A stretch of 63,584 bases of DNA, filler included, from Chiloscyllium plagiosum (lineage: Eukaryota): NCBI RefSeq assembly GCF_004010195.1. It is 6 parts of one record of this genome, joined end to end, with 100 filler letters (N's around TTAATTAATTAA, not from the genome) between each part and the next. Parts side by side here need not be neighbours in the genome. Positions count along the whole stretch, not along the records: positions 26,181 to 43,687 come from NC_057717.1; positions 43,788 to 48,917 come from NC_057717.1; 4 more parts are not named here. One strand, 5' to 3'. Positions 33,345 to 45,776 of this stretch are shown piece after piece (the first letter of the stretch is position 1; the number at the start of each line of letters is the position of its first letter). The translations under genes and the position numbers were made by a program. The notes beneath the pieces were generated by a model that was not told where the DNA came from, searched no databases, and saw only the letters and a list, made by a program, of their open reading frames with translations.

Positions 33345-34185
33345 GACACACATCCTTTCCCTCTCCCCTTTAAATACACCCATGCAAATTCACCCTCTCC
33401 TCCTCGCACACAAACATACTCCTCCCTCTCTCAGATGCACACACACACTCTCCCCTCTCTTACACACCGTCTCTCTCCCTCCCAAAGTCTGTCCCTCCCA
33501 AAGACAAACATATTCCCCCTCACTCTCTCACAAACACACACTCTCTCTCTCCCTCTCACAGACACGCCACCTTGTTTTCAAACACACACTCGCACGTGCG
33601 CACAAACACACAGACACATAGACATGCACACACACATCTAATCTGTAAGATGAATTTTCATTTGTTGATTTTTATTTCCAGATGCATTATATTTTCTCAA
33701 AAAATATCCAATTTGTAGACAGTCAGTCAATGCGATATTTTATGAACTCCTACTTTGGAAATAAACCCAAACTGAATCCAGGTGAAGACATATACAGAGT
33801 CCAAACAAGATCGCATGCCTGAAAACGCGATGTCTGACAGGCGGGGTCACCTCCTTTACATCGATAATACCTGAAGGTATCTCCAGGCAGGACTTGAAAA
33901 GAACTCTGGATTTGCATATTCATCAATCAAAACCTGCATCTCCATTCTAACCGATTAATGATTTAACAGCTATCTTAGATGTGTTCAATTCATGTGCATG
34001 TGTTGTACAACCCGTACATCTTTTCCTTATAAATTTTGTGCCTAAGGTCTTCTCTCTCTAACACCTGACGAAGGAGCAGGACAATGAAAGCTTGTGTTTT
34101 AAAATAAACCCGTCAGACTATAACCTGGTGCCATGCGATTATTGACCTTACTCAACACAGTCCAAACCTAACACCTCCATATCAT
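33345..34185 (+). mobile_element. PLE family-2 3' region preceded by a degenerate (CA)/(TC) microsatellite
   Basis: CACCTGACGAAGGAGCAGGACAATGAAAGC..AATAAACCCGTCAGACTATAACCTGGTG; homologous to 19698-19822. Confidence 0.7.
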
Positions 34186-34884
34186 GGTTTTTATTGATTA
34201 GCCAAATTTCTCTCCAAGCAAATAAATTGTCCCAACCCCATGTGCTCTTGTCTTGAGTTTTAATCTTTTGTCAAGCATGTTATGCATTGCCTTATTGATG
34301 TCCAGATATAATAGATCTTTCAGATCCTCGTTATTCAACTTGTTTGTCATATTTTTTAAAAAAAAAACAAGTTAGGAAAATCATTCAAACATGATTTATC
34401 CTCAATAAAATCATGTCGACTTTGATGGATTGTGGTTTGACTTTCAAAGTCTCCTGTTGTTAATTCCTTAATAACCGATTCGAAAAATTTGTCTTCAGTC
34501 CCAATCGTTTGCTCATACCTTTCCATTCCCGAGTGAAGTTGGTTATTCGAAGTTCTTCCCTTTCCATAACCTCGACAGTCCATTTCAATTCCTGTGAAAT
34601 AGGCCCGAGGCTGTAAACGATCGGCTCCAATTGCTGTGTAAGAGGTATGGGTGGCTGATTGGACTCATTCTGTTCCTGCGTTACACACACGATGGGCTGA
34701 ATGTCCTCCTGATATTCCTCCACTCTCGTTTCGATTGCATGTCCCGCGCCTGTTCCTGACCAAGCCGCTCAAGATCTCAATGTCCTCATCCTGTTGCTCA
34801 ATGACAAGTTTGGGGACTTATGGAATCTCCCTGCTGTTATGCCACATTTCGAATGTGGAATTGTGCAGAAAGTTGAGTTGCCCA

Positions 34885-34995
34885 CAGTGGGTGGCTCAGT
34901 GGTTAGCACTGCTGCCTCCCAGCACCAGAGATCTGGGTTCAATTTCAGCCTCTGGTCACTGTTTGTGCGGAGTTTGCACATTCTCCCTGTGCCTG
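34885..34995 (+). mobile_element. HE1-type SINE 5' fragment, abutting the left inverted-repeat arm
   Basis: GTGGCTCAGTGGTTAGCACTGCTGCCTCCCAGCACCAGAGATCTGGGTTCAATT. Confidence 0.85.
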
Positions 34996-35245
34996 CAAAC
35001 AATAGCACAGGCTACATAAATGTTTAAACCGTATATTGTAATGAATTAGTACAGTAAATGTCACACTTTAACACTACAGTCACTGACTAAAGCATTGTAT
35101 CTTTCACCAAGATCTTCACCAGAAATCGCGCGAACTGACAGACCACGTGATGCGGAATTCCAGTTCTCTCTAAGATATTCCCCTCCCAGTTTGAAATTAA
35201 GTTCTTTCTAAATGTAGACCACAAATCCCACATTCAGGCTCAGTT

Positions 35246-35302
35246 TCAAGGCTTGCAGAGCGGATTACATTCCTTCTTTAGCTGAACACACTGAGGGTGC
35301 AT
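35246..35302 (-). other. candidate micro-ORF MHPQCVQLKKECNPLCKP*
   Basis: First ATG after the expected start site downstream of the TATA box. Length and 3 Cys are conserved in the paralog. Coding status is unproven. Confidence 0.25.
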
Positions 35303-35388
35303 TTGGCAGACAGAGGGATCCTGAGGCTGGGATGTGCTGTTCAGCTGGTGCCAGAGACGGACTCCCATAACAGTGAACGGGAGCTGGC

Positions 35389-35435
35389 TTTATAAAGAAA
35401 CGGGCACAATTCACTAATTGTATTGCAGCGAAATT
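35389..35435 (-). promoter_or_regulatory. candidate core promoter: TTTATAAA box and C/EBP-like site
   Basis: Minus strand AATTTCGCTGCAAT..GAATTGTGCCCGTTTCTTTATAAAGCCAGCTCCC; conserved in the right arm. Confidence 0.4.
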
Positions 35436-38282
35436 GCGTTTAATACACACACCTTATCGGATAACTGCCTGTATATTGGATGGAGGATCAAAGTTGATGG
35501 ACCAAAGCGAATACAGTAGTTCCTATTTTATATGTTCTGATGTTTAAACATACTAAAGGATATGAACACTGTGTGGGGAAAACAGAATTGAGGAGATTTT
35601 CACCATGAACTAGAATTAAGGATGCTCAGTGTGTTGAATGGCCTACTCCTTTCCCGATGTTTCTGTGCAGTCCGCGGGAAAGCTCTGTAAATCCTGCCAC
35701 CTGCTCTTAGATGTTAGGAAGGAGATCTCTGCAGGGTCAACACGGTAGTATTTCCCATTCCAATACTGAGGCTGGTACTGGGTGATCTGTACGGTTTTAT
35801 CTTTAAAACCCCAGAAAAGTTTGATACAATAGAGTGTCTTGCTTGGCCGTTTCCGAGACCATTGAAGAGTTTATCACATGTCTGTGTGTCTGGAGTCACA
35901 TTTAGGCCAGACCAGGAAAGCACGGGAGATTCATTTCAGAAAGTACATTGAGGAAGGTAATTGGTGTTTACAATCGACATTGGCTTCAAGTTCACTGTTA
36001 ATGACTCCAGGTTTTACATCTCGATATTTTATTAATTATAACGTCCACCAGCTGCCAGAGCATTAGCCTGGTCTGGATTAGTAATCCAGTGACTTCTCCA
36101 CAACAACACCATCTCCACATGGGGACTTATCTGAAACCATACTGAGCTGATTATTTCTGTGCTGCTTGACAGCTCTGTCAGAAAGAACTCCCACCAATGC
36201 GACTATCGCGACGGGACTCAGGGAGTGGTAAATGGTCAGACTGTTGTTATTCGCTTGTTTTGGGATTGGACATAGCTGAGTAAATATCCACATTGCTAGG
36301 GAGATGTCAGAGTTGGAGCTGGAATGAAACAGCTTCCCCAGGGACACGGCTTGTTGTGCAGCACATGTCTTCAGTCCTATTGCAGGAATGGAGCCAGGGC
36401 CCATTGACTTTGTCTATCTACTGTGTTCAGCTGTTTCTTCATGTCACATACAGCAAATCAGATCGATTAAAGACTGGCATCTGTGATTCTGCGGGCAGCA
36501 TGGCGAGGGTGAGGTGGATCATCAACTCAACACTTCTGGCTGAGGACGATGCAGATAATACAACCATGCCTTTTACACATGTACAGGGCTGTCCCGTGAT
36601 TTAGGATGGCGATATTTATGGAGTCCTCTTCTCCAGTGAGTTGTTTAATAGTCCATCGACATTTATGTCTGGATGTGACAGCACTGCAGAACTTCGATCT
36701 GATCTGTTAGTCTTGGGATCATTTCGCCCTCTGTATCAGATGTTAGTCCTGCTGTTTCGAATGTAACCAGTCAAGTGCGGTAGCTTTAATGGATTGTCAT
36801 CAGGTTTAAGTACACATGGTTCCGACCCTATCATGTTCACCTGCACTCGTCGCTGAACCATACATCAGCTTGATGTTAATGGTAGGCTGAGGGATTATCC
36901 TGGGGAAATGTTACAGAGTGTAGTTGAATACAATTCTGCTGCTGCTGTGATTCTACCGCACCACATGAATGCCCACTTTGAGCTCCAATATGTTCAATTC
37001 AATTCTACTGACTATCCCCCAGTTCATACCAAGACCCATTCATTCATCAGCTCTGTACTCAGTGTCTTAACCTGGTTTCTGATGTGGTAACACTGGCATT
37101 TTCCTTTTCTCATTCTGCTGAATGTCTCTCTCTGGTGTCACACCTCCAATTCGTTACTTTACTCAAACCCCTTAATATATGCATCTGAATTTTTTCCATT
37201 CCCCCAATGCCATCTTCTGTGTTTGATGTGAATGTGCTCCCCTCTGTTTCTCTCCCGGTCCATGATTCAGAGCTCTGCCGTGTCAGTGATGCCAGCATTA
37301 TGCAGTTTCAGATCAAGGAATTTGTGCACCTTGCATTATCGGTCACTTCTCAGTGCCTGGCGTTCCTTGTTCNNNNNNNNNNNNNNNNNNNNNNNNNNNN
37401 NNNNNNNNNNNNNNNNNNNNNNNNNNNNNNNNNNNNNNNNNNNNNNNNNNNNNNNNNNNNNNNNNNNNNNNNNNNNNNNNNNNNNNNNNNNNNNNNNNNN
37501 NNNNNNNNNNNNNNNNNNNNNNNNNNNNNNNNNNNNNNNNNNNNNNNNNNNNNNNNNNNNNNNNNNNNNNNNNNNNNNNNNNNNNNNNNNNNNNNNNNNN
37601 NNNNNNNNNNNNNNNNNNNNNNNNNNNNNNNNNNNNNNNNNNNNNNNNNNNNNNNNNNNNNNNNNNNNNNNNNNNNNNNNNNNNNNNNNNNNNNNNNNNN
37701 NNNNNNNNNNNNNNNNNNNNNNNNNNNNNNNNNNNNNNNNNNNNNNNNNNNNNNNNNNNNNNNNNNNNNNNNNNNNNNNNNNNNNNNNNNNNNNNNNNNN
37801 NNNNNNNNNNNNNNNNNNNNNNNNNNNNNNNNNNNNNNNNNNNNNNNNNNNNNNNNNNNNNNNNNNNNNNNNTCAATAAGGTTTACACCAAGAAGGAAAC
37901 TTTCCAGAATGAGATGTGAGTGGGAGGTGGAAAGCAGCATGAATGGAGAGGCCGAACCACACTGAGACCAGAGCAAAGTAGCAGCACAAAACGCAGCTTG
38001 GTGCTACTGCAGAGTAGGTACACTTGATTAAAGAGTTTCAGGTGAAGTGGTTAGGGACCATAATGTGAGAGAATGTCTTCTGTAATTTGAGAGATAGAAC
38101 CTGGAATCAGGAAGGGGAGACGAGCAGGGAAGAGGATGGAGCAGCAATGGCAGGGGTTTCTGCGGGGTAAATCAGGAAGCACAGCTGAAATTCATGCCTA
38201 ACATCAGCCTATGATCCCTGAAATAAACATTATAAATCTGGCCCTCCACTAATGCTCATCAATAGTATCCTTGAGACCTTTT

Positions 38283-38525
38283 GTCAACCATGGGTGGTTC
38301 ACATGCTTATCGAGTTCTTCTTTTGAACAGAAACATTAATTACTGTGCAGTTTGGGATATCTGCTTGAATGTCTGCTCATGTATACTCACTGGCCTTCAT
38401 CTGGGTCTATTTCCAAATTCTGCTTCAGACCAGATGTGAGGCAGAAATCCTCAATTTAGATGCCTGGTTCTTTTCAATCATTCAGGAGGAACTTCTGCAT
38501 GTGGCTGAACACATGATCAGCGGAG
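38283..38525 (+). repeat. 243-bp direct repeat copy 1
   Basis: Matches 39208-39450 with ~7 substitutions. Confidence 0.95.
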
Positions 38526-39060
38526 AACATAGAACATAGAACATAGAAGAATACAGCGCAGTACAGGCCCTTTGGCCCTCGATGTTGCGCCGATCCAAGC
38601 CCACCTAACCTACACTAACCCACTATCCTCCATATACCTATCCAATGCCCGCTTAAATGCCCATAAAGTGGGAGAGTCCACCACTGCTACTGGCAGGGCA
38701 TTCCATGAACTTACGACTCGCTGAGTGAAGAACCTACCCCTAACTTCAGTCCTTTATCTACCCCCCCTTAATTTAAAGCTATGCCCCCTCATAATAGCTG
38801 ACTCCATACGTGGAAAAAGGTTCTCATGGTCAACCCTATCTAAACCCCTAATCATCAAGTCACCCCTAAACCTTCTTTACACCATTGAAAACAACCCCAA
38901 GTGCCTCAGCCTTTCCTCATACGAACTTCCTACCATACCAGGCAACATCCTGGTAAACCTCCTCTGCACCCGTTCCAGTGCCTCCACATCCTTCCTAAAG
39001 TATGGCGACCAAAACTGCACACAATACTCCAGATGCAGCCGCACCAGAGTCTTATACAAC
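38526..39060 (-). mobile_element. young 5'-truncated CR1 with (TTCTATG)n tail
   Basis: AACATAGAACATAGAACATAG tail; LYKTLVRLHLEYCVQFWSPYFRKDVEALERVQRRFTRMLPG. Confidence 0.93.
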
Positions 39061-39207
39061 TGATAATTTTCTGCAAAACGCTGCACCACTGATAGTCTGA
39101 TCACATGTCAGGGTAGCAAGAATGGGGCCATTCCCCTGGGTCCTGCTCCCAGAGGGATGAAGCTGCTAATGATAGATTAATTCCTCACACCCACAGCCTC
39201 CTTCCCA

Positions 39208-39450
39208 GTCAACCATGGGTGGTTCACATGCTTATCGAGTTCTTCTTTTGAACATAAACATTAATTACTGTGCGGTTTGGGATATCTGCTTGGATGTCTG
39301 CTCATGTATACTCACTGGCCTTCATCTGGGCCTATTTCCACATTCCGCTTCAGACCAGCTGTGAGGCAGAAATCCTCAATTTAGATGCCTGGTTCTTTTC
39401 AATCATTCAGGAGGAACTTCTGCATGTGGCTGAACACATGATCAGCGGAG
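39208..39450 (+). repeat. 243-bp direct repeat copy 2
   Basis: Matches 38283-38525. Confidence 0.95.
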
Positions 39451-39564
39451 GTTGACTCCATTCTCCAAGTTTCTCCATTTCTGTTATTTCTGTTTGATGA
39501 TGCCACATTCCTGTGAGCTGCGTCTAACGTGACCTCATTTTCCTTTAAACCAGAAATCCCCTAA

Positions 39565-40565
39565 CTCTGGTGGCCAGGGCCTTCAGCCCTTACTGTCCCA
39601 TCTCCCAGGGTGTTGCCCTCAATCCGTCCCCTCCATCCCAGAACAATGATAGATTCCTTCTTTACCACACTTCTTCCTGCACTATAATCCACATTCACAT
39701 AACCATCTTACGCCATTTCCACCATCTCCAGCAGGACAGCACCATCAATCGCATCTTCCTCTCCCGCCCACTGTCAGTATTTCGCAGGAACCGTTCCCTC
39801 TGTGTCCCCTCCATCAACCCCCCAACACTTCCTCAACCCCCATGGCACCTTCCCATGCAATTTCAGAAGCTGCAACACTTGCTCATTCATCTCTTCCCGC
39901 CTCACTGTCCAAGGCCCCAAACATACCTTCTGGGTGAAGCAGCATTTCACTTGTAAACTCTCAATCTTGTCTCCTGTCATTGCTGCTCACAATGCAGTCT
40001 CTCTATGTTGGCGAGACCAAACAGAGATTGCTTTGAGGAGCACTCCCATTCTGTAGAATTAACACTGACCTTCTCATTGCTTCCCATTTCAATAACCTAC
40101 CTTCCGGCCCAGGGATGCTGCAATGTTCCAAGGAAGCACAACCCAAGCTCGAGTAACAACTCACTTTACACTTGCATACGTTATATCCTGTAGGAGTTAA
40201 TGCACAATTTCACAACTTCACAGTCTGACCACTGTTCTCCAGTTTCCGTACATTCTCCCTTCTGGCCTCCCTATGACCTTGTGTGATTGTATCTTCTTTA
40301 TCGTTCACTCAATAGAGAGAATCCCTTTTCCCCATTCCCCATTTAAATCTATTTCACATGATCTTCTCGTTCACCACTACTGAAAGCATGTTTATGTTTT
40401 GCCACACTCTCTTTTACCCGTCAACGCACTCCCCACATCTGTCAAGGGATTATAAAGCTCATTTTCCAATCCTTTTCAGTTCTGAAGAAGTGTCATACTG
40501 GACTTGAAACGTTAACTCTGTTTCTCTATCTCTGCAGATGATGCCAGACCTGTTGACTTTCTCTA
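39565..40565 (+). mobile_element. old Penelope-like element 3' part (RT tail, Cys linker, GIY-YIG, terminus)
   Basis: GTFPCNFRSCNTCSF..VQGPKHTFWVKQHFTC; terminus TTCTGAAGAAGTGTCATACTGGACTTGAAACGTTAAC. Confidence 0.8.
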
Positions 40566-42646
40566 GAAATGAATAGGCTCTGAACAAGTTATCAATTAAA
40601 CAAATAACTATGGATACTGGAAATGAAAATACAAAAATTGCTGGAGAAAATGGGAGCTTTGCAGAAGGGTAACTGGCCCAGAAAAAATAACTCTGCTTTC
40701 AATGCACGAGGTGCTGCTGAGTTTCGTCAGCAATTTTTGTTTTTAAACAAGTTCTATAGACGTGTGTTAAAGCTGCTCTAACGCCTTGTCTAACACGGAA
40801 CGCCATGCACTGGGAAGTGACAGGTAATGCAAGGTGCACAAATTCCTTGATCTGAAATTGCATAAGGCTAGCATCACTAACACTGCAGAGCTCTTAATCA
40901 TGGTCAGGGAGAGAAACAGAAGGAAACACATCCATATCAAACATAGAAGATGGCACTGGGGGAAGGGAAAATATTCAGATGCATATGTTAAGGGATTTGA
41001 GTAAAGTAACAAATTGGACGCGTGACACCAGGGAGAGACCCTCCGCACAGTGAGAATAGGAAAATTGAAGTGTTACCACATCAGAAACCAGGTTAAGACA
41101 CTGAGTATCGGGCTGATGGGTGAATGGGTCTTGGTGTGAACTGGGGGATAGTCAGTAGAATTGAATTGAACATATGGAGCTCAAAGTGGGCATTCGTGTG
41201 GTGCGGTACAATCACAGCAGCAGCAGAACTGAATTCAACTAGACTCTGTAACATTTTCCCCAGGATAATCCCTCAGCCTACCATTAACATCAAGCTGATC
41301 TATGGTTCTGCATTGAGTGTGGGTGAACATGATAGGGCCGGAACTATGTGTACCTAAACCTGATGACAACCCATTAAAGCTACCTCACTTGACTGGTTAC
41401 ATTCGAAACAGCAGGACTTACATCTGATACAGAGGGCGAAATGATCCCAATATTAACAGATCAGATCGAAGTTCTGCAGTGCTGCCACATCCAGACATAA
41501 ATGTCGACGGACTATTAAACAACTCACTGGAGGAGAGGACTCCATCAATGTCGCCATCCTAAATAATGGGACAGCCCTGTACATCAGTGAAAAAGACATG
41601 GTTGTATTATCTGCACTGTCCTCAGCCAGAGTGTTGAGTTAATGATCCACCTCACCCTCGTCATGCTGTCCGCAGAATCACTGATGCCAGTCTTTAATCA
41701 ATTGATTTGCTGTATGCGACATGAAGGAACAGCTGAACGCAGTAAATAAGATAAAGGTAATGGGCCCTAACACCATTCCATCAAGAGGACTGAAGACTTG
41801 TGCTGCACAACAAGCCGTGTCCCTGGGGAAGCTGCTTTTTTCCAGATCCAACTCTGACATCTCCCTGGCAATGTGGAAATTTACTCAGCTATATCCAGTC
41901 CCATAACACGTGAATAATTACAGACTGACCACTTACCACGCCCTGAGTCCCATCGCAATAGTCACATTGGTGGGAGTTCTTTTTGACAGATCTGCAAAGT
42001 AGCACAGAAATAAACTGCTCAGTGTGGTTTCAGATAGGTCCCCATATGGAGATGGTGCTGTTGTAGAAATATCACTGGATTACTAATCCAGGCCAGGCTA
42101 ATGCTGTGGCAATCAGTGGAAGTTATAATTTAAAAAATATCGAGATGTAAAACCTGGAGTCATTAACAGTGACCTTGAAGCTAATGTCGATTGTAAATAC
42201 CAATTTCTTCCTTCCTCAATGTACTTTCAAGAATTGAATCTCAGGTGTTTTCCTGGTCTGGTCTAAAAGTGACTCCATACTCACAAATGTATGAAAAAAC
42301 TCTTCAATGGTCTCGGAAACGGCCAAGCAAGACACTCTATTGTATCAAACTGCTCTGAGGTCNNNNNNNNNNNNNNNNNNNNNNNNNNNNNNNCAGAGCT
42401 TTCCCACAGACTGCACAGAAACATCGGGAAAGGAGTAGGTCATTCAAAACACTGAGCATCCTCCATTCTAGTTCATGGTGAAAATCTCCTCAATTCAGTT
42501 TTCCCCACACAGTGTTCATATCCTTTAGTATGTTTAAACATCAGAATATATAAAATAGGAACTACTGCATTCGCTTTGGTCCATCAATTTTGATCCTCTA
42601 TTTAATATATAGGCAGTTATCCAATAAAGGTGTGTTTATTAAACAC

Positions 42647-42693
42647 AATTTCGCTGCAACACAATTCGTGAATTGCGCCCCTTTCTTTATAAA
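42647..42693 (+). promoter_or_regulatory. candidate core promoter: C/EBP-like site, TGCGCCC (MRE consensus match) and TTTATAAA
   Basis: AATTTCGCTGCAACACAATTCGTGAATTGCGCCCCTTTCTTTATAAA. Confidence 0.4.
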
Positions 42694-42779
42694 GCGAGCT
42701 CCCGTTCACTGTTATGGGAGACCGTCCCTGGCACCAGCTGAACAGCAAATCCCAGCCTCAGGATCCCCTTGTCTCCTAA

Positions 42780-42836
42780 ATGGACCCTCAGTGTGTTCAG
42801 ATAAAGGAGGAATGTAATCCGCTCTGCAAGCCTTGA
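42780..42836 (+). other. candidate micro-ORF MDPQCVQIKEECNPLCKP*
   Basis: Paralog of 35246-35302. Confidence 0.25.
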
Positions 42837-43239
42837 AACTGAGCCTGAATGTGGGATTTGTGGTCTACATTTAGAAGGAAATTAATTTCAAACCGGGAGG
42901 GGAATATCTTGGAGAGAACTGGAATGCCGCTTCGGCATTACGTGGGCAGTCAGCTCGCGCAATTTCTGGTGAAGATCTTGGTGAAAGGTACAGTGCTGTA
43001 GTCAGTGACTGTAGTGTTAAAGTGTGACATTTACTGCACTAACTCATTTCAATATACAGTTTAAATATTTATGTAGCCTGTACTATTGTTTGTGTTAGGC
43101 TGACTATTATTTTTGTTTTGATTTTTACTGGTAATTTTGGGGGTTCGCACCGAAGCCTCTTTTTCCCATTGTCCCCATTATTTATATTGCACCGTTTTCT
43201 ATAATACGGTATTCCACAGGTACACAGCTGCCACATTAT

Positions 43240-43687
43240 TGGAACACTGCGTGCAATGATTGCTGATTCTATGCCTCCACAACAAACTCCTGCACTCTCC
43301 CCATCCCTTCTGTGTCTTGAAATCCTTATTTATATTCAGAACCTTAGCTTTCACAGCCTGATCAGGGAAATAATTCCCCAAGTTCACCAGTCTCTGAGTG
43401 CAGACATTTAGTCTCATCTAAACGCACTTTGGTCTGTCTGTACCCAACACTGTGAGCCTGTGTTTTGGACATCCCGCCCAGGGGAATTATCATCCCTGCT
43501 TCCAATCTGTCTCGCCATGTCAGAGTTTAATATAGTTCACCCATTTTCCTAAACCTCATGGAATGCAGGCACAGTCGCCCCAAACTCTGTTCCCACAACA
43601 AGCCTGTCATCCCAGAGATCAGTCTGGTCATCCTTCGCTGCTCTCCCTCAATGTCAGGTTTGTCCTTTATTAGGTACGGAGACCAAA
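43240..43687 (-). mobile_element. degraded CR1 3' fragment
   Basis: TQRLVNLGNYFPDQAVKA matches the CR1 C-terminal QRVVNLWNSLP motif. Confidence 0.65.
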
Positions 43688-44509
43688 NNNNNNNNNNNNN
43701 NNNNNNNNNNNNNNNNNNNNNNNNNNNNNNNTTAATTAATTAANNNNNNNNNNNNNNNNNNNNNNNNNNNNNNNNNNNNNNNNNNNNCAGGCACTCCAGA
43801 TAAATCAGCCCTAGTCAGTTTGACAGAACATCACTAGTGGAGTCACACAGTGACCTGTGCAGGGTCCACATCTCTTTACAATCTGTATCAATGATCAGGA
43901 GGAGTAGAACAAATGTACTGTAACCATGTATGCCGATTAAAGTAAGATAAACAGGAAACTAAATTATCAAGGGAAGGTGGAGAGTCTGTAATTGGATGTG
44001 GACAGGTGAAATCAATGAATAACCGTTTAACAAATAGGATTTAAGGTAATATATAGTCTGTCATTTTCTTTAGGAAGAATGGTAGGTAGTATGTTGCTGA
44101 AACGGAAAAATACTACAGGACTTAGTGATGCAGTGTGTGTACTGGAGGGTTCATTCTGACCCCAATCAGACACGGAAAGTGTTGCTCCATCGTGCTGATG
44201 TTCCCAGGGACTCCATTGCTCTCAACCACCATATATACCCTCTGACTTCAAATGGTGACATGAACATCGGCATACTGGGAGATGGTGGAGCTGTCACCGA
44301 CTCCTGCCTGGAAAGTTCCGGATCATAGAAGCTGAATGAAACAGTGAGCCTAACAGCCACTTGCTGCACCGTACATCCCTGGTGTGAAGATGTAGGTCGT
44401 ATTGAAGGAAGTGACACCACTCTGTGACCAGCTCCTTGTTCAATCAGGGTCCCCTCATACTCTGCTCCTGAGTTAAATGTAACTTGGGAAGCTGTTCCTG
44501 GAAAATCTG

Positions 44510-44805
44510 TGTAGATACAGCAGATCCCTTTCCCCACACAGACTCACTCCGTGGTTTCAGATATTCCTCTCTGTGCAGCCTCTGCTCCATTTATTGTTCA
44601 TCTTACAGATGCAGGTGTTGTAACTACAGTCCCTATGCTCCATCCAGAGTTGGGTCACCAAATCCTCAGGTGTCCCTGAATGTCTGAGGTGGGTCACAGC
44701 ACAACCTCCAGAAAACCATCCCCAGCCCCTCCACTAACTTTTCAATAACAGGAGTCAGTCAGAAGCCCCTCAGCTACAAGTTAGATGCCTGCTCTTTTAC
44801 AGTAA
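44510..44805 (+). other. triplicated exon-like module, copy B
   Basis: Inverse homolog of 33037-33330 over ~290 bp. Confidence 0.7.
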
Positions 44806-44920
44806 TACGCAAGAGTTTTCCTCGTGTTACTGACCACACAATCATCTGAGAGGGACAAGCACAGGTGTTCAGTGGGCACGCACAGACCAAGGTTCAAAGG
44901 CATGTCTAAAGCTGCTGGAA

Positions 44921-45276
44921 CCCCTGTCCAACATGGAGCACCTGATGGGGCACAACGGGAAGTGAGCAGCAGTCAAACACATACCCCACTGTCCTTGGAA
45001 TACCACATGGGCCACACCGGGAAGTGAGCAACAGCCCAGCACACACTCACCCTTATCCATGGAATTCCACATGGGGCACATCGGGAGGTGAACAACAGTC
45101 AAACACACACACCCCTGGCCATGGAGTACCACATGGGACACACCTGGAAGTGAACAACAGCCCAGCACACACACACACCTCTGTCCATGGAGCACCACGT
45201 GGGGCACACTGGGAAGTGAACAACAGCCCAGCACACACCTCCCTGCATATGGAACACCACATGGGACACACCAGGA
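44921..45276 (+). repeat. minisatellite, ~61-66 bp unit, at least 5 copies, running into a gap
   Basis: Repeated CCCTGTCCATGGAGCACCACATGGGGCACACCGGGAAGTGAACAACAGCCCAGCACACAC. Confidence 0.9.
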
Positions 45277-45776
45277 NNNNNNNNNNNNNNNNNNNNNNNN
45301 NNNNNNNNNNNNNNNNNNNNNNNNNNNNNNNNNNNNNNNNNNNNNNNNNNNNNNNNNNNNNNNNNNNNNNNNNNNNNNNNNNNNNNNNNNNNNNNNNNNN
45401 NNNNNNNNNNNNNNNNNNNNNNNNNNNNNNNNNNNNNNNNNNNNNNNNNNNNNNNNNNNNNNNNNNNNNNNNNNNNNNNNNNNNNNNNNNNNNNNNNNNN
45501 NNNNNNNNNNNNNNNNNNNNNNNNNNNNNNNNNNNNNNNNNNNNNNNNNNNNNNNNNNNNNNNNNNNNNNNNNNNNNNNNNNNNNNNNNNNNNNNNNNNN
45601 NNNNNNNNNNNNNNNNNNNNNNNNNNNNNNNNNNNNNNNNNNNNNNNNNNNNNNNNNNNNNNNNNNNNNNNNNNNNNNNNNNNNNNNNNNNNNNNNNNNN
45701 NNNNNNNNNNNNNNNNNNNNNNNNNNNNNNNNNNNNNNNNNNNNNNNNNNNNNNNNNNNNNNNNNNNNNNNNNNNN

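Larger units (their letters stand above)
34996..37372. repeat. left arm of ~2.3 kb inverted duplication (runs into a gap)
   Basis: Collinear reverse-complement match to 40792-43092 (roughly 90% by eye), including shared SINE/LINE remnants and paired ORFs (GLKTCAAQQAVSLGKL; NFAAxQxVNCA). Confidence 0.95.
40792..43092. repeat. right arm of inverted duplication
   Basis: Reverse-complement match to 34996-37372. Confidence 0.95.

Noticed and set aside
44166..44537. ORF with CIYTDFP...CTVQQ resembling a TCR-alpha/Ig C1 constant domain (Cys spacing ~48)
   Set aside because: It lacks the C-strand Trp and suitable splice sites. Its start is the antisense of module B's pyrimidine tract, and the paralog at ~33315 has a stop at the Cys codon.
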